Source: Acidobacteriota bacterium (GTDB lineage: Bacteria; Acidobacteriota; UBA6911; RPQK01; JADFOI01). Taken from it: a stretch of 64,000 nucleotides of DNA. The stretch lies in contig OY760074.1 of NCBI GenBank assembly GCA_963663035.1, forward strand, positions 64,001-128,000, given 5' to 3'. Both the position numbers and the translations under genes were made by a program. This document shows positions 9,489-19,316 of this stretch, one piece after another; positions within the stretch are counted from its first letter, which is position 1; every line of letters begins with the position of its first letter. The notes below the pieces were generated by a model. It searched no databases and was not told the origin of the DNA. It worked only from the letters and a program-made list of their open reading frames with translations.

Positions 9489-9752
9489 ATGGACATCACC
9501 AACAAGACTCGAAAACCTCTGAGCCTTCCTTTACCCGGCGGGAAAAGACTCTTTCTCGGACCGGGAAAGACCGGGCAGGTGTCGCCAAAAGCTCTCGAAC
9601 ACCCACCGCTGGTAAAACTTCTCGAAGCCGGCGACATCGAAACAGGCGCTGGGGGACCCAAACGTAAGGAAGGGGGCGGCGGCAATGCCGGAACGTCTCC
9701 TGGGTCCCGACAAAGCGGAACCAGTGCTAAGCGCCAATCCGGTGACCGTTGA
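9489..9752 (+). CDS. Hypothetical protein
   Basis: 87 aa, protein-like N-terminal half with a Gly-rich tail. Confidence 0.6.
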   Translation: MDITNKTRKPLSLPLPGGKRLFLGPGKTGQVSPKALEHPPLVKLLEAGDIETGAGGPKRKEGGGGNAGTSPGSRQSGTSAKRQSGDR

Positions 9753-10043
9753 AGGTCTCCTCCGATGCGCAAGGTCGCTCCAGTAGTACTAGGAGCCCTA
9801 GAGCAGTCGAGGAGACATTTCACGAAAGTATCTTCCTTGCCTCTCCTTGGCCTCGAAGACTTTCATGAGTATTCTGATAGGTATTCCATGAAGGAACAAA
9901 TGCGGAAGGCTTCGGGGGGTTGTACCTGAAGTGTGCCCGCGAGGATCCAACTCCAACTCACTCCAGCTCACTCCAACCAAGATAGCGATTTAAGAGCGAC
10001 GGGATTTCTCCCGATTTGAAAGGTACTTAGAAATCCCACTTCC

Positions 10044-10101
10044 AGGACTTAAAATCCTGTGAGGGTTTCCCTCGTGAGGGTTCGAGTCCCTCCCCGGGCA
10101 C
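10044..10101 (+). repeat. 3' half of tRNA-Leu(TAA), copy 2
   Basis: Identical to 5830-5887. Confidence 0.88.
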
Positions 10102-10155
10102 GCTTACTCCAGCTCACTCCAACTTTCTCAAACCAATTTAGAGGGCCAATTTTGA

Positions 10156-10185
10156 TTGCTTTCAGGACACCTCAAGACTTAGCAA
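10156..10185 (+). promoter_or_regulatory. Repeat D promoter copy (TTGCTT-18-TAGCAA)
   Basis: ttgctttcaggacacctcaagacttagca, as at 30767 and 46728. Confidence 0.6.
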
Positions 10186-10201
10186 ACGCCTCAATCAGTC
10201 A

Positions 10202-10462
10202 GTGTTGCGGTTGTCGATCAGTTTCCGGAAAGGGCGTTATCCGTCCAAGTGGGCAGAAAGCGGCGGCCAATGTTTGGTTTTTCCAGAGTGGCTAAGGACC
10301 TGTAGGAGCGCGGCGGGACTTTCGCAAAAGAGACTAGCCAAAGCGTTAGAGATGGATCAGAGTCCTGTCGCCCGCTGGGAGCAGGGAAGGCACAGGCCGA
10401 AGAAAGAGTCTCTGAGGAAGGTACAAGCCCTTTTTATAGAGGTGCCACCCGCCAGATTTTGA
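10202..10462 (+). CDS. XRE-family HTH protein or fragment
   Basis: RSAAGLSQKRLAKALEMDQSPVARWEQGRHRP. Confidence 0.6.
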   Translation: MLRLSISFRKGRYPSKWAESGGQCLVFPEWLRTCRSAAGLSQKRLAKALEMDQSPVARWEQGRHRPKKESLRKVQALFIEVPPARF

Positions 10463-10741
10463 GTCTTGGAAAGCACCAAGTGAAAAGTTACGAAAAGCTA
10501 ACAAAACCTTGGGGATTCGCGGGTTTTCACCAGACCAAATGAGTGATTCATTGAGTCATATTGAGTCAACTAGGTGGACGAAAAGTGGACGGAGATTTCT
10601 TAAGTTCGTGCAGGAAGAATGGATGGATCAAAATCTGGAGCCTCGGTTCTCGAAGCGGAAAGGACTCCTCACAGGGTTCTGGACCCTCTGAGAGGGTACG
10701 CCACAACTCGAAATCCAGGCTCGACACAGCCGATCGCAGCC

Positions 10742-10770
10742 TTGACAACAATTGAGCAGAAGTCGATAAT
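10742..10770 (+). promoter_or_regulatory. Sigma70-type promoter of the metal-uptake operon
   Basis: TTGACA-17 nt-GATAAT, 17 nt before the ATG at 10788. Confidence 0.65.
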
Positions 10771-10787
10771 TGAATCGTACTAGATCT

Positions 10788-11135
10788 ATGGATAGAGAAT
10801 ACCTGCGCCGCGGTGGAATTTTCTTACTTACCTCGGTGCTTTTCTTTTACCTGGCGGCGGCCCCTGAGTTTCAGTTCTTCCTGGATCTCTCGGAGACCAT
10901 CGAGCATCTTTTCACTGAAGCCCACGGTGAGTCTCACGATCTGACTCCCGTCACCGACCCCAACCACAATTGCCACAGCTGTCTCGCGTCTCACCCTAAT
11001 GCTTCCGTCAGCTCGCCGGTATGCAGTTTGCTGCCATTGGGTCTGGCACAAAGCAGCCGGGGTCACATCTTCAAGACGGTCTTTACCCTTTCAGAACCTC
11101 TGAAGGACACCAAGACCCGCGCACCTCCTGCCTGA
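10788..11135 (+). CDS. DUF2946-like His/CxxC leader protein ending in RAPP
   Basis: Signal/TM segment, HGESH, HNCHSC, C-terminal TRAPPA. Confidence 0.7.
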   Translation: MDREYLRRGGIFLLTSVLFFYLAAAPEFQFFLDLSETIEHLFTEAHGESHDLTPVTDPNHNCHSCLASHPNASVSSPVCSLLPLGLAQSSRGHIFKTVFTLSEPLKDTKTRAPPA

Positions 11136-11186
11136 GCCGAGCCCGCTCGATCATCCAACAGAAGTTTTTGTTGCCAGGAGGTGACT

Positions 11187-12422
11187 ATGTTGAGGCGTTT
11201 CGCCTTTCTTCCGTCTGTTTTTCTATGGGCTGCAGTTTCACTGGCAGCCCAAACACCACAGCCCACTGTCGAGGATTTAAGCCTGGCTCTTCAGGAACTT
11301 CAGGACCAGCTTGCCCAGCTGAAATCGGACCATGCAAGGAGACTGGCTGAGCTGGAACAGCGCATTCTGCAGCTCTCAGCTGCCACTCCACAGCTCATCT
11401 CCGAGGCAGCAGCTCCTCCCCAGGATGTCAGTTCCACAGGAGGTCAAAGAACGCTGCAGGCTTTGAATCCAGAGATCAGCGTGACCGGAGACGTGACAGC
11501 CCGTTTCAGTGACAACAAGCAGGACCCCGACTTCGATCGTTTGAACTTTGACGGTTTCGAAGTCGCTTTTCAGCACCCGCTGGACCCTTACAGCCTGGCC
11601 AAATTCTTTGTGGCTTTCGAGGAAGGAGAATTTGAGTTGGAGGAAGGGTACCTGACCTGGGAATCGCTGCCTGGAAATTTGGGTTTAAAAGTGGGTCGAT
11701 TCCATGCCAATTTTGGCAAACTGAATCGTTCCCACAAACACGCTCTTCCCTGGGCCAATCGCGATCTCCCCACCCAGACTCTTTTTGGCGATGAGGGACT
11801 CATTGGTGAGGGACTTTCCCTGAGTTGGCTGCCGCCCCGGCTTCCCTGGGCACAGACCAACGAACTCTCCTTTGAGGTGATGAACAATTCCAACGACCTG
11901 GCCTTTTCGGGAAGGGGTTTCGGGGATCCCCTCTTCACGGGACGACTTTTGAACTACTACGATGTTACCGACAACGCCTATCTGGAATGGGGTCTCTCGG
12001 CAGCCACTTCTCACTGGGACATCGACAAGCAGAATCGCTCAACTGTCGTGGGATTGGACTGGACCTACCGCTGGGAGCCCCTGCAGCGTGCTCTCTATCG
12101 CTCCCTGGAGCTGCGCAGCGAATTTTTTTACAACGCCCGTGACCACTGGCCGGGTGGTGACATTCTCGGAATGTACGCCTCCGGCGAGTACCAACTCAGC
12201 CGACGCTGGTATGGCGGACTCCGATATCAGTTCTCCCAGCTTCTTGAAAATCAGGACGACAGCGAGTGGGCGCTCTCCCCATTTTTGACCTTATGGCAAA
12301 GCGAATGGGTCAGGCTGCGGGCCCAATACGATTTTTTGAATCGAGACTTCGACGAAAATGAAAATCGATTCTTTGTTCAATTCACCTGGTCGCTGGGTCC
12401 CCATAAGCATCAGACCTACTAA
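11187..12422 (+). CDS. Outer-membrane beta-barrel, probable metal-uptake receptor/porin
   Basis: Signal peptide, coiled coil, LNPEISV, FGKLNRSHKH, C-terminal GPHKHQTY; AGGAGG RBS. Confidence 0.8.
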   Translation: MLRRFAFLPSVFLWAAVSLAAQTPQPTVEDLSLALQELQDQLAQLKSDHARRLAELEQRILQLSAATPQLISEAAAPPQDVSSTGGQRTLQALNPEISVTGDVTARFSDNKQDPDFDRLNFDGFEVAFQHPLDPYSLAKFFVAFEEGEFELEEGYLTWESLPGNLGLKVGRFHANFGKLNRSHKHALPWANRDLPTQTLFGDEGLIGEGLSLSWLPPRLPWAQTNELSFEVMNNSNDLAFSGRGFGDPLFTGRLLNYYDVTDNAYLEWGLSAATSHWDIDKQNRSTVVGLDWTYRWEPLQRALYRSLELRSEFFYNARDHWPGGDILGMYASGEYQLSRRWYGGLRYQFSQLLENQDDSEWALSPFLTLWQSEWVRLRAQYDFLNRDFDENENRFFVQFTWSLGPHKHQTY

Positions 12423-12787
12423 GAAGGAGAAAGAAATGACACGAAAGATTTGTAGATTCTTCTGGGTCTTGTCCTTCTTTGTGGTTCTCGATGAGACCAA
12501 CGGCCAGGTTAAGATCGTTTCCTCACTCCCCGATTATGCTTCGATCGCCGAATCTATTGGGGGAGAAAAAGTAGAAGTCACGAGCATCGCCAAGGGTTAT
12601 CAGGATGCACATTTTGTGAAGGCCAAACCCAGTTTTGCCCGCCAAATGTCCGAGGCAGACCTCTTTCTCACCACCGGGATGGACCTGGAGCTTTGGGTTC
12701 CCACCCTGATTGACAAATCTCGTAATCGCGACATACGTGAAGGGGAATCGGGTTATGTGAACGTCTCACAGGGAATGACTTTTCTAG

Positions 12788-14426
12788 CCGCAATTATTCA
12801 TAAGTTTGGGGTGAGTGTCGATTTTCTGCGGAAGTTCAGGGCTGAGAGTGTGTTCAGGTGCGATTACAAGGCGTCCAAGCTTGTTGAGCCGAATAGAGAT
12901 GAAGCGAGAGCCCCTTCCGGAAACAGCTCGGCCCGCAGGGGGCTGTATATCTGTGTTGGCGCAGGGAGTCAGGGGACCGTCAGGTGGGACACAGACGGTG
13001 CATCAGTAATGCGAAGAGCTTTTGTTCGGGATAAGACGATGCCAGGTGCACCCAGATGCGACGAGAAGTTTCCCGAACCCGGGCACCGATTTTGAACAGG
13101 CGGCGGCGGAGCGTCTCAATCTCCAGGTTGTGCCAGGGAGTCCCGCACAGGTAATCCCGCAGGCGCAGGATTAAGACATAGGCCAGGGCGTGGATGAAGA
13201 GTCGGAACTGGTTGGCCAGGAAACGGTGGCAGCTCAAGCGATCCATGGCCAGATCTTTTTTGAAAGCTTTCACGAAGTTCTCGCACTGGCCCCGTCCGAT
13301 GTAGTGGTCATACAGCTGCCCGGCCGTGAGATCCTGGCGGTTGGTGACCACAAAGCGACGGTTGAACCCGCGCTCGCTCACTTCCACCTTGGCCACCATG
13401 CGCCGCTCCCGGTCCCAACTGTCGGCCTGATAGACGAGCTCGGTGAACTGGCGTTGCTTTTCTCCTGAGTCGTCATAGTCTGCTTGCACCTGCTCAACCA
13501 AGGGCTCGACGGTGGCCGCCAGCCGGGAGTTGCGGGCAAAGCCCACCACATACTGCAGTTTTTCCTCCTCACAGAACTCGTACAGTGCCGGCGTCGCAAA
13601 GCCACTGTCGGCTCGCACTTCGATCGGAACATCGGATCCCAGAACCTGGCGCATCCGGGCCACCACCCGTTTGAGAACCGCCACCGCGTGGGCGGCCGCC
13701 CCCTGGTTGCCGGGCCGCAGTAGCGCACATACCAGATCGCCCGTCTCGCCATCGAATAGCAGCAGCGGATGATACATGTGCTCGCGATAATAGCCGTGGT
13801 AAAAGCTGAACTCCTGCTGCCCATGCGTGACGTCATCCGTGCTGTCGATGTCCAGGATGATCTTCTCGGGCCGGCTCTTCTTGCGGTGCTTCAAGTAGGT
13901 CTCCAGCAGCCACTGTCCCAGGCGAGTGAGATCCTTCGAGTCCACCGAGTTCTCCAGTCGCGACAGCGTGGGTTGAGAAGCCAGATCCGGATCGCTTTCC
14001 GGCAGCCGATCACACACGGTCTTGAAGATGGGATCCGAGCGCAAGCTGTCGGCATCGTTGCAGTCCTCATAGCCGGCCACGATCTGAAAGCTGCGCTGGG
14101 TGAGCAGTTCGCGAATCTGGTGGCGGACGTAGCGGCTATCTCGAGCGTCCTTCAGGCAGGAGGCAAAGCCAGCCGTCAGTCCGTGCTGTTGATCCAGGGC
14201 GTACAGACACAGCAGCCCGGCATCGGAGGAGAGCCGGCCTCCATCGAATCGAGCCACCACTTTTCTGTCAGGGTGAGATGGCAAGTTGATCTGGCAGACT
14301 GATGCATCGCTGGGCCGTACCTTTTTGGTTTGGAGTTGTTTCATAACCCCTTTTATATCAAAGAGGTACGGCATCTTTTTGTGCCCTCGATCAGACCCCT
14401 TCTTCAGAATTTATGAATAATCCGGG
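12788..14426 (-). mobile_element. IS1380-family element, copy 1
   Basis: IRs ccgcaattattcataagtt / cccggattattcataaatt; CTAG on both sides. Confidence 0.93.
12980..14374 (-). CDS. IS1380-family transposase
   Basis: FDGGRLSSDAG, LASQPTLSRLEN, LDIDST, VRADSGF, RGQCEN. Confidence 0.95.
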   Translation of the reverse strand: MPYLFDIKGVMKQLQTKKVRPSDASVCQINLPSHPDRKVVARFDGGRLSSDAGLLCLYALDQQHGLTAGFASCLKDARDSRYVRHQIRELLTQRSFQIVAGYEDCNDADSLRSDPIFKTVCDRLPESDPDLASQPTLSRLENSVDSKDLTRLGQWLLETYLKHRKKSRPEKIILDIDSTDDVTHGQQEFSFYHGYYREHMYHPLLLFDGETGDLVCALLRPGNQGAAAHAVAVLKRVVARMRQVLGSDVPIEVRADSGFATPALYEFCEEEKLQYVVGFARNSRLAATVEPLVEQVQADYDDSGEKQRQFTELVYQADSWDRERRMVAKVEVSERGFNRRFVVTNRQDLTAGQLYDHYIGRGQCENFVKAFKKDLAMDRLSCHRFLANQFRLFIHALAYVLILRLRDYLCGTPWHNLEIETLRRRLFKIGARVRETSRRIWVHLASSYPEQKLFALLMHRLCPT

Positions 14427-15131
14427 CTAGAGGTTCCCGCGAGTGCCAACAGAACCGCGGGGGACACCCACATTTATGGCAATCCGCATATCACCACCGA
14501 CCCTCTCCGAGGGATCCAAATCGCGGAAAATATCCTGGCCGGGCTCAAGAGGGTTGACCCTTCCAACAGCGCCTACTATGAAAAGAATTTCCAAGACTTC
14601 AGGTCGGAGATCTACCGGCGGCTTTACGGTGGGGAACTGGTCCAGCTGGTGGGTGGTGAGCAGTTGGCCCAGCTCACCCGAACCCAGCGACTCAATACCT
14701 TCCTGGATGCCAATCAGTTTGGAGGCAAGCCTTTGAAAGACTATTTGGAGGGCTGGTTCAAGACAGCCGAGTGTCTCCAGGGAAAACAGATCATCGCCTA
14801 TCACAAAAACTGGATCTACTTCACCGATCGCTTCGGGCTGGAGATTGTGGACTACGTGGAGCACAAGCCTGGAATTCCTCCCAGTGCACGTCACCAGGTT
14901 GAGTTGATTGAGAAGATTCAGAGTCTCGACATTCAAGCCGTTCTTACGGCCAACTATTTTGATGAGAAAGCGCCTCGAATGCTTGAAGAAAGAACCGGAG
15001 CCAAGGCACTGATCGTGCCCCTTTCCGTCGGCGGGACTCCCGAGGCACGAACTTATTTGGATCTCTTCGATATTTGGATTCAGGCACTGGTATCGGTGTT
15101 TCCCGATTGCCAGTAAGGTGAGCGACTAGTC

Positions 15132-16568
15132 ATGGAACAACTCATCCAGATCATGCTTCCTCCCCTGGCAGCCTGCCTCATCTTGACCGGGATCTATACC
15201 TACCTCGGGCTTCACGTCGTTTCCCGAGGCGTTATCTTCGTGGACCTGGCCCTGGCTCAGATTGCCGTACTGGGATCGACCTTTGCTTTTTTGCTGGGCT
15301 TCGAGCCTGATTCCTATAGCGGGTACTTCTATTCCCTCGGTTTTACCTTCTTAGGAGCCGCCATTTTTTCCATCAGTCGCCTCAAGGACCAGCGGGTTCC
15401 CCAAGAGGCTCTCATTGGAATCGTCTTTGCCGTCTCCTCTTCGGCGGCAATTTTGCTCGCTGATCTTTCTCCCCAAGGTGCCGAGCACGTTCAAGAGATG
15501 CTGACTGGTGCCATCCTCTGGGTGAGTTGGTCCACCATCTGGAAAACCCTACTCATCTGCCTGGCCGTCGGAGCCTTCCATTTCGCCTTTCGCCACAGAT
15601 TTCTATTGATTTCCATGGACCACGAGGAGGCTGAACGACAAGGCCTGGCAGTGCACTGGTGGGATTTCCTTTTTTATATTTCCTTCGGATTCGTCATTAC
15701 CTCCTCAGTGGCCATTGCTGGAGTGTTATTGGTGTTTTGTTTTCTCATCATCCCTTCTGTCATTGGGATGCTTTACTCCAAAGAAATCGGCACTCGATTG
15801 ATCATTGGCTGGATATCGGGAACCATCGTTAGCTGCGTGGGACTTCTGCTCTCCTATCAATTCGACTTCCCAAGCGGGCCTTCGATTGTCTGCAGCTTCG
15901 GGGTCTTTTTGATCCTCTCCGCTGTCATTCAATACGTGATCCGAGCTGACCGAAAGGACCTGGCTCTGGCTCGCGTCGGGGCGGGAACTCTCATCTTTGC
16001 CCTGGCAATGGGACTTGCCCTGAGCTTTCGACCCTCGCTGTCAGAGTTGGGGCATCTTGAGCAAACCGGAGTCGAAAGAGTGCTCCAGTCCTTGGAGGGA
16101 TTGAAGCTGGAGGAGGGGCCGGCAAGGAATGCTCTGATTCTTCTTGAGGAGGACCAGGAGATCCTGAAACAAGGCTTAAGGGAAGGGGCTATCGAAATCG
16201 ATCAGGAGGCGCTTCAGCGGTTGGGGGAACTGGGATTTTCTGAAGCCATCCCCCTCCTGAGACTCATTTGCGAGAACGTTGAAGATCCCTGGGTCCGTTA
16301 TTATGGCTCTTCTTCGTTACTCCGCCTAGGAGATAAGGAGGGGATTCATCGTTTGATTCAGATTTTGAAAGATCCGGGACCTCCTTTTCTCAAAGTCCAG
16401 GTGGAAGACTTGCTTGTCGAGGTTTCCGGTGAGGATTTCGGCTACGATCCCATGGGCCACGGCCAAGAGAATGAAAGGCCCATTGACCGCTGGGAGGTCT
16501 GGTGGCACGAAAGCGCTGAGCAGGTGGTCTGGGACACAGAACAGCGCCGGTTTCGTATCCAGGAGTAA
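15132..16568 (+). CDS. ZnuB/ABC-3 metal permease with HEAT-like C-terminal extension
   Basis: GLHVVSRGVIFVDLALAQ, GVLLVF..LIIP; about 170-aa soluble helical tail. Confidence 0.85.
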   Translation: MEQLIQIMLPPLAACLILTGIYTYLGLHVVSRGVIFVDLALAQIAVLGSTFAFLLGFEPDSYSGYFYSLGFTFLGAAIFSISRLKDQRVPQEALIGIVFAVSSSAAILLADLSPQGAEHVQEMLTGAILWVSWSTIWKTLLICLAVGAFHFAFRHRFLLISMDHEEAERQGLAVHWWDFLFYISFGFVITSSVAIAGVLLVFCFLIIPSVIGMLYSKEIGTRLIIGWISGTIVSCVGLLLSYQFDFPSGPSIVCSFGVFLILSAVIQYVIRADRKDLALARVGAGTLIFALAMGLALSFRPSLSELGHLEQTGVERVLQSLEGLKLEEGPARNALILLEEDQEILKQGLREGAIEIDQEALQRLGELGFSEAIPLLRLICENVEDPWVRYYGSSSLLRLGDKEGIHRLIQILKDPGPPFLKVQVEDLLVEVSGEDFGYDPMGHGQENERPIDRWEVWWHESAEQVVWDTEQRRFRIQE

Positions 16569-16774
16569 CTTCTTTGTCTCAATATAAAATGATGCACTAG
16601 ATCTCCTGTCTGGTGTGGATGGACATGGTTGTGAAGCCATGCCAGGCAAGCGAATCCCATCCAGCCTCCCCACCATAAATCTCAGTTACCTGCTGCATAA
16701 AAATAACTTCCGCTTCTCTTACCGGCCTGAATACTGTCACATGGACGTATAGTCGGCTTATCGGAAAGTCGTTG

Positions 16775-16817
16775 TCGCTTCACTGACCTGCTGCGGCGGA
16801 TGAATCTAGAGCCGTAG
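16775..16817 (+). repeat. Repeat A (RFTDLLRRMNLEP*)
   Basis: tcgcttcactgacctgctgcggcggatgaatctagagccgtag. Confidence 0.88.
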
Positions 16818-16895
16818 ACCAGCCAAGGAGATACATCACGAAGGTATTTCCCTTGCCTCTCCGGGGATGGTGGCCGCCAGGAATCTGGCGACGGG

Positions 16896-17615
16896 TCAGT
16901 GGGCCCGAATCGGAAAGGTTACGGCGGTCCGGTCCCAGCGAATTTGCAGATCCACGCCGCCCTCGGCCGGCAGGAACTCGATGACGAAGGCCAGCGCAGG
17001 CTCCTCCAGGACGGTTGGCATGCCATCCACGGCCACCACGTCGAGTTCCGGGTCATACTCGCTGGCCAGGTGTAGGCCGAGCGCTTCATTAATATGGAGT
17101 GTCCAGCGGTCGTGACGCGGGGTCGTGAAGAGACTGTACACGCCGGGGTCGAGGTGCTGCCCGGCGATCATCACGGGCACGGTCACCACCAGTTCCGTCG
17201 ACAGGTGGGCACCGGTGACCCAGACCTTGTCGTACTTGACCACCTCCCCGAAAATCTCCCGCGCCCGCTTATACGGCTTGCCGTAGACCACGTGCAGGTA
17301 GCCGCCTCCCGGGAGACTGGCCCCCGCGCGCCCCACGGCGCTGCCTCCCGGTGGAAACTCCGGATCGACGCGCAGGCCCTCGACCAGGAAGATCTCCGTT
17401 TCTCCTATCTGCTGGATCCCATGATCGTGCTGCTGCTCCCCGGACTCGGCCGATTCGTCCGCATGATCGGCAGCCTGCTCGTGGTCCTGGGTTCCGGTAG
17501 GCGCCGTTTGATTGCCTTCATGCTCGTGTTGTTGGGCGACCGCCACGGTGCCCGAAAACATCAGGACCATGGTGGGAAGAATCGCCCGCCAGGTACTCCA
17601 TTGTGTGAATCGCAT
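16896..17615 (-). CDS. DUF2911 family secreted protein
   Basis: VYGKPYKRAREIFG, VWVTGA, PGVYSLFTTP; His-rich N-terminus. Confidence 0.85.
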   Translation of the reverse strand: MRFTQWSTWRAILPTMVLMFSGTVAVAQQHEHEGNQTAPTGTQDHEQAADHADESAESGEQQHDHGIQQIGETEIFLVEGLRVDPEFPPGGSAVGRAGASLPGGGYLHVVYGKPYKRAREIFGEVVKYDKVWVTGAHLSTELVVTVPVMIAGQHLDPGVYSLFTTPRHDRWTLHINEALGLHLASEYDPELDVVAVDGMPTVLEEPALAFVIEFLPAEGGVDLQIRWDRTAVTFPIRAH

Positions 17616-17777
17616 GTCGAAGATCTCCTTTCGCCGCCGCGGCCCCTCACAGGATGCAGACAGCTCCTCGTAATCGCCAAAGTATATTAGCTCGCCGCAT
17701 TCGCAGTCTATACGGTAGAGGGTGGGAGGTAAATCGACAAGTATGAAAACCACACAGAAATTCCTTGTGTACCGCTA

Positions 17778-18448
17778 AACCCTAGAATCCTGCTGTGGAC
17801 TCCCGATGGTACCCGACTCGTTTTCCAGTCGGAGCAACCGCAGTACGACCTGCATTGGCGAGCCGCGAACGGCAGCGCTGCTGAAGAAGTTCTTTTCGCC
17901 AGTAGTTACGACAAAGATCCGAACTCGTTTTCGCCCGATGGCTCCCTACTGCTCTTTGAGGAAGTTTCACCTGAAACGCTGAGGGACCTTTGGATTCTTT
18001 CAGTTAACGATTCTCGGGCTGAGGTCTTTTTGCAGACAGAGTTCAGGGAGGCCGAAGGACGTGTGTCCCCCAATGGGACGTTGATCGCTTACGTGTCGAA
18101 CCACACGGGACAGAACGAGATCTATATACGAACTTTCCCCGAAGGAGACAGCCAACAGACGGTTTCCGAGCAGGGTGGCTCCCAGCCCCGTTGGTCTCGG
18201 GACGGAAAACTCTCTTCTATCGTTCGCCGGAGGAGAGGATGATGGCTGTGGACATTGGCCCCGGCCCACCAGCACGCATAGGCGAACTCAGACAGTTGTT
18301 CATTGACGAGTATGACCGCGGAGATTATGATGCCTCCCCGGATGGGCGGTTCCTTATGGTTAAGACGCCGCCAGAGTCAGTGCCTCGTCAAATCAACGTC
18401 GTCCTCAACTGGTTTGAAGAACTCAAACGCCTGGTGCCAACCAATTAG
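17778..18448 (+). pseudogene. C-terminal TolB-like propeller fragment of a kinase gene, frameshifted
   Basis: WTPDG, SPDG, SPNG, PRWSRDG repeats; ends [19 protein letters not shown]. Confidence 0.85.
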
Positions 18449-18456
18449 GAGGAAAC

Positions 18457-18825
18457 ATGAGTGCCAAAGATGATCTAGGCAGGTACGCCGATGGGTGGAC
18501 GAAAGGTGACCCAGAAATCATCCTCAGTTCGGTCAGCAGCGATTACGTACTCGACGACCCCAATGAAGGCCAAATCACTGAAGAGCAATTTCCCACCTAT
18601 TTGGGCCAGCTAAAGGAGATTGTCTCTTCACTCAGGGGTACGGACTCGGAGACTCAATTCATGGAGCTTTCCGAGGTCGTAACCCAGGAGGAGGGAGATG
18701 AGCTGACGGCCTGGTGCTGGTGGGAGATTCCTGGCACTGAAATTAAGGGCAGCGGTCTGATCAAGGTGGGTCCGGAAGGAGTGCGGTCTGAGCGCCTTAC
18801 CTATTACACCAAGTTAGGCAGCTGA
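18457..18825 (+). CDS. SnoaL/NTF2-like protein
   Basis: [16 protein letters not shown]; AGGAGG RBS. Confidence 0.7.
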   Translation: MSAKDDLGRYADGWTKGDPEIILSSVSSDYVLDDPNEGQITEEQFPTYLGQLKEIVSSLRGTDSETQFMELSEVVTQEEGDELTAWCWWEIPGTEIKGSGLIKVGPEGVRSERLTYYTKLGS

Positions 18826-18826
18826 A

Positions 18827-18921
18827 ATAATCGGCCAAACCATCTCCCACTATAAAATCACAGAGAAACTGGGCGGCGGTGGGATGGGTGTGGTGTACTT
18901 GGCCGAAGAGACAAAGCTCTC
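18827..18921 (+). pseudogene. Kinase N-terminal stub (ATG changed to ATA)
   Basis: [30 protein letters not shown]. Confidence 0.85.
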
Positions 18922-18958
18922 ATTAGAGACGAATCGGGAGTGGTCCCTCCGTTCTCTC

Positions 18959-19002
18959 CAAAAATAAAGAGGGCCCCAATCCGTTATGAGGACCGGGGCC
19001 CT
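18959..19002 (-). terminator. Intrinsic terminator
   Basis: Minus strand agggccccggtcc-loop-ggattggggccct followed by ctttattttt. Confidence 0.7.
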
Positions 19003-19073
19003 ATACGGTTTGCGTCAGGGGCGTTGGGTTTCCCCGCAACGGGGTCTCCCGGCGCATGAAGCACTGAGGGTCG

Positions 19074-19118
19074 CTACGAGAACGCCACCTCGGCATAACC
19101 TCTACTAGAATCTTCCAC
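19074..19118 (-). CDS. 14-codon small ORF (MEDSSRGYAEVAFS) in a structured transcript
   Basis: AAGGGAGGTGA Shine-Dalgarno just before GTG. Confidence 0.45.
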   Translation of the reverse strand: MEDSSRGYAEVAFS

Positions 19119-19316
19119 TAAATCACCTCCCTTTTTTCGGGCGTACCATCCACGGCGGGTCCCAACCCGCCCGGCTTCCGGGGCCGCCCCCAACCCCTTC
19201 GAAAGCCGCCGCGCCAAGCACGGAGCGTCTATGGGCATCCTTGGTCATTCGGTGGGTATTGTCAACTCTCCGGACTCTACCCCCTGGCAGGTTCGGCGAG
19301 GGCTATTGGGCGATTT

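Larger units (their letters stand above)
12436..15116 (+). pseudogene. ZnuA/TroA-family metal-binding protein interrupted by IS1380
   Basis: QDAHF, then after removing the IS: ..MTFL|EVPASANRTAGDTHIYGNPHI..YHKNW..EHKPGIPPS. Confidence 0.9.

Noticed and set aside
10636-10704. Further tRNA-end scars (tggagcctcggttctcgaa; gagggtacgcca)
   Set aside because: Spacing does not fit a T-arm plus acceptor strand
12788-13095. ORFs reading into the IS1380 end (also at 31994 and 35809)
   Set aside because: Read-through into the non-coding IS terminus
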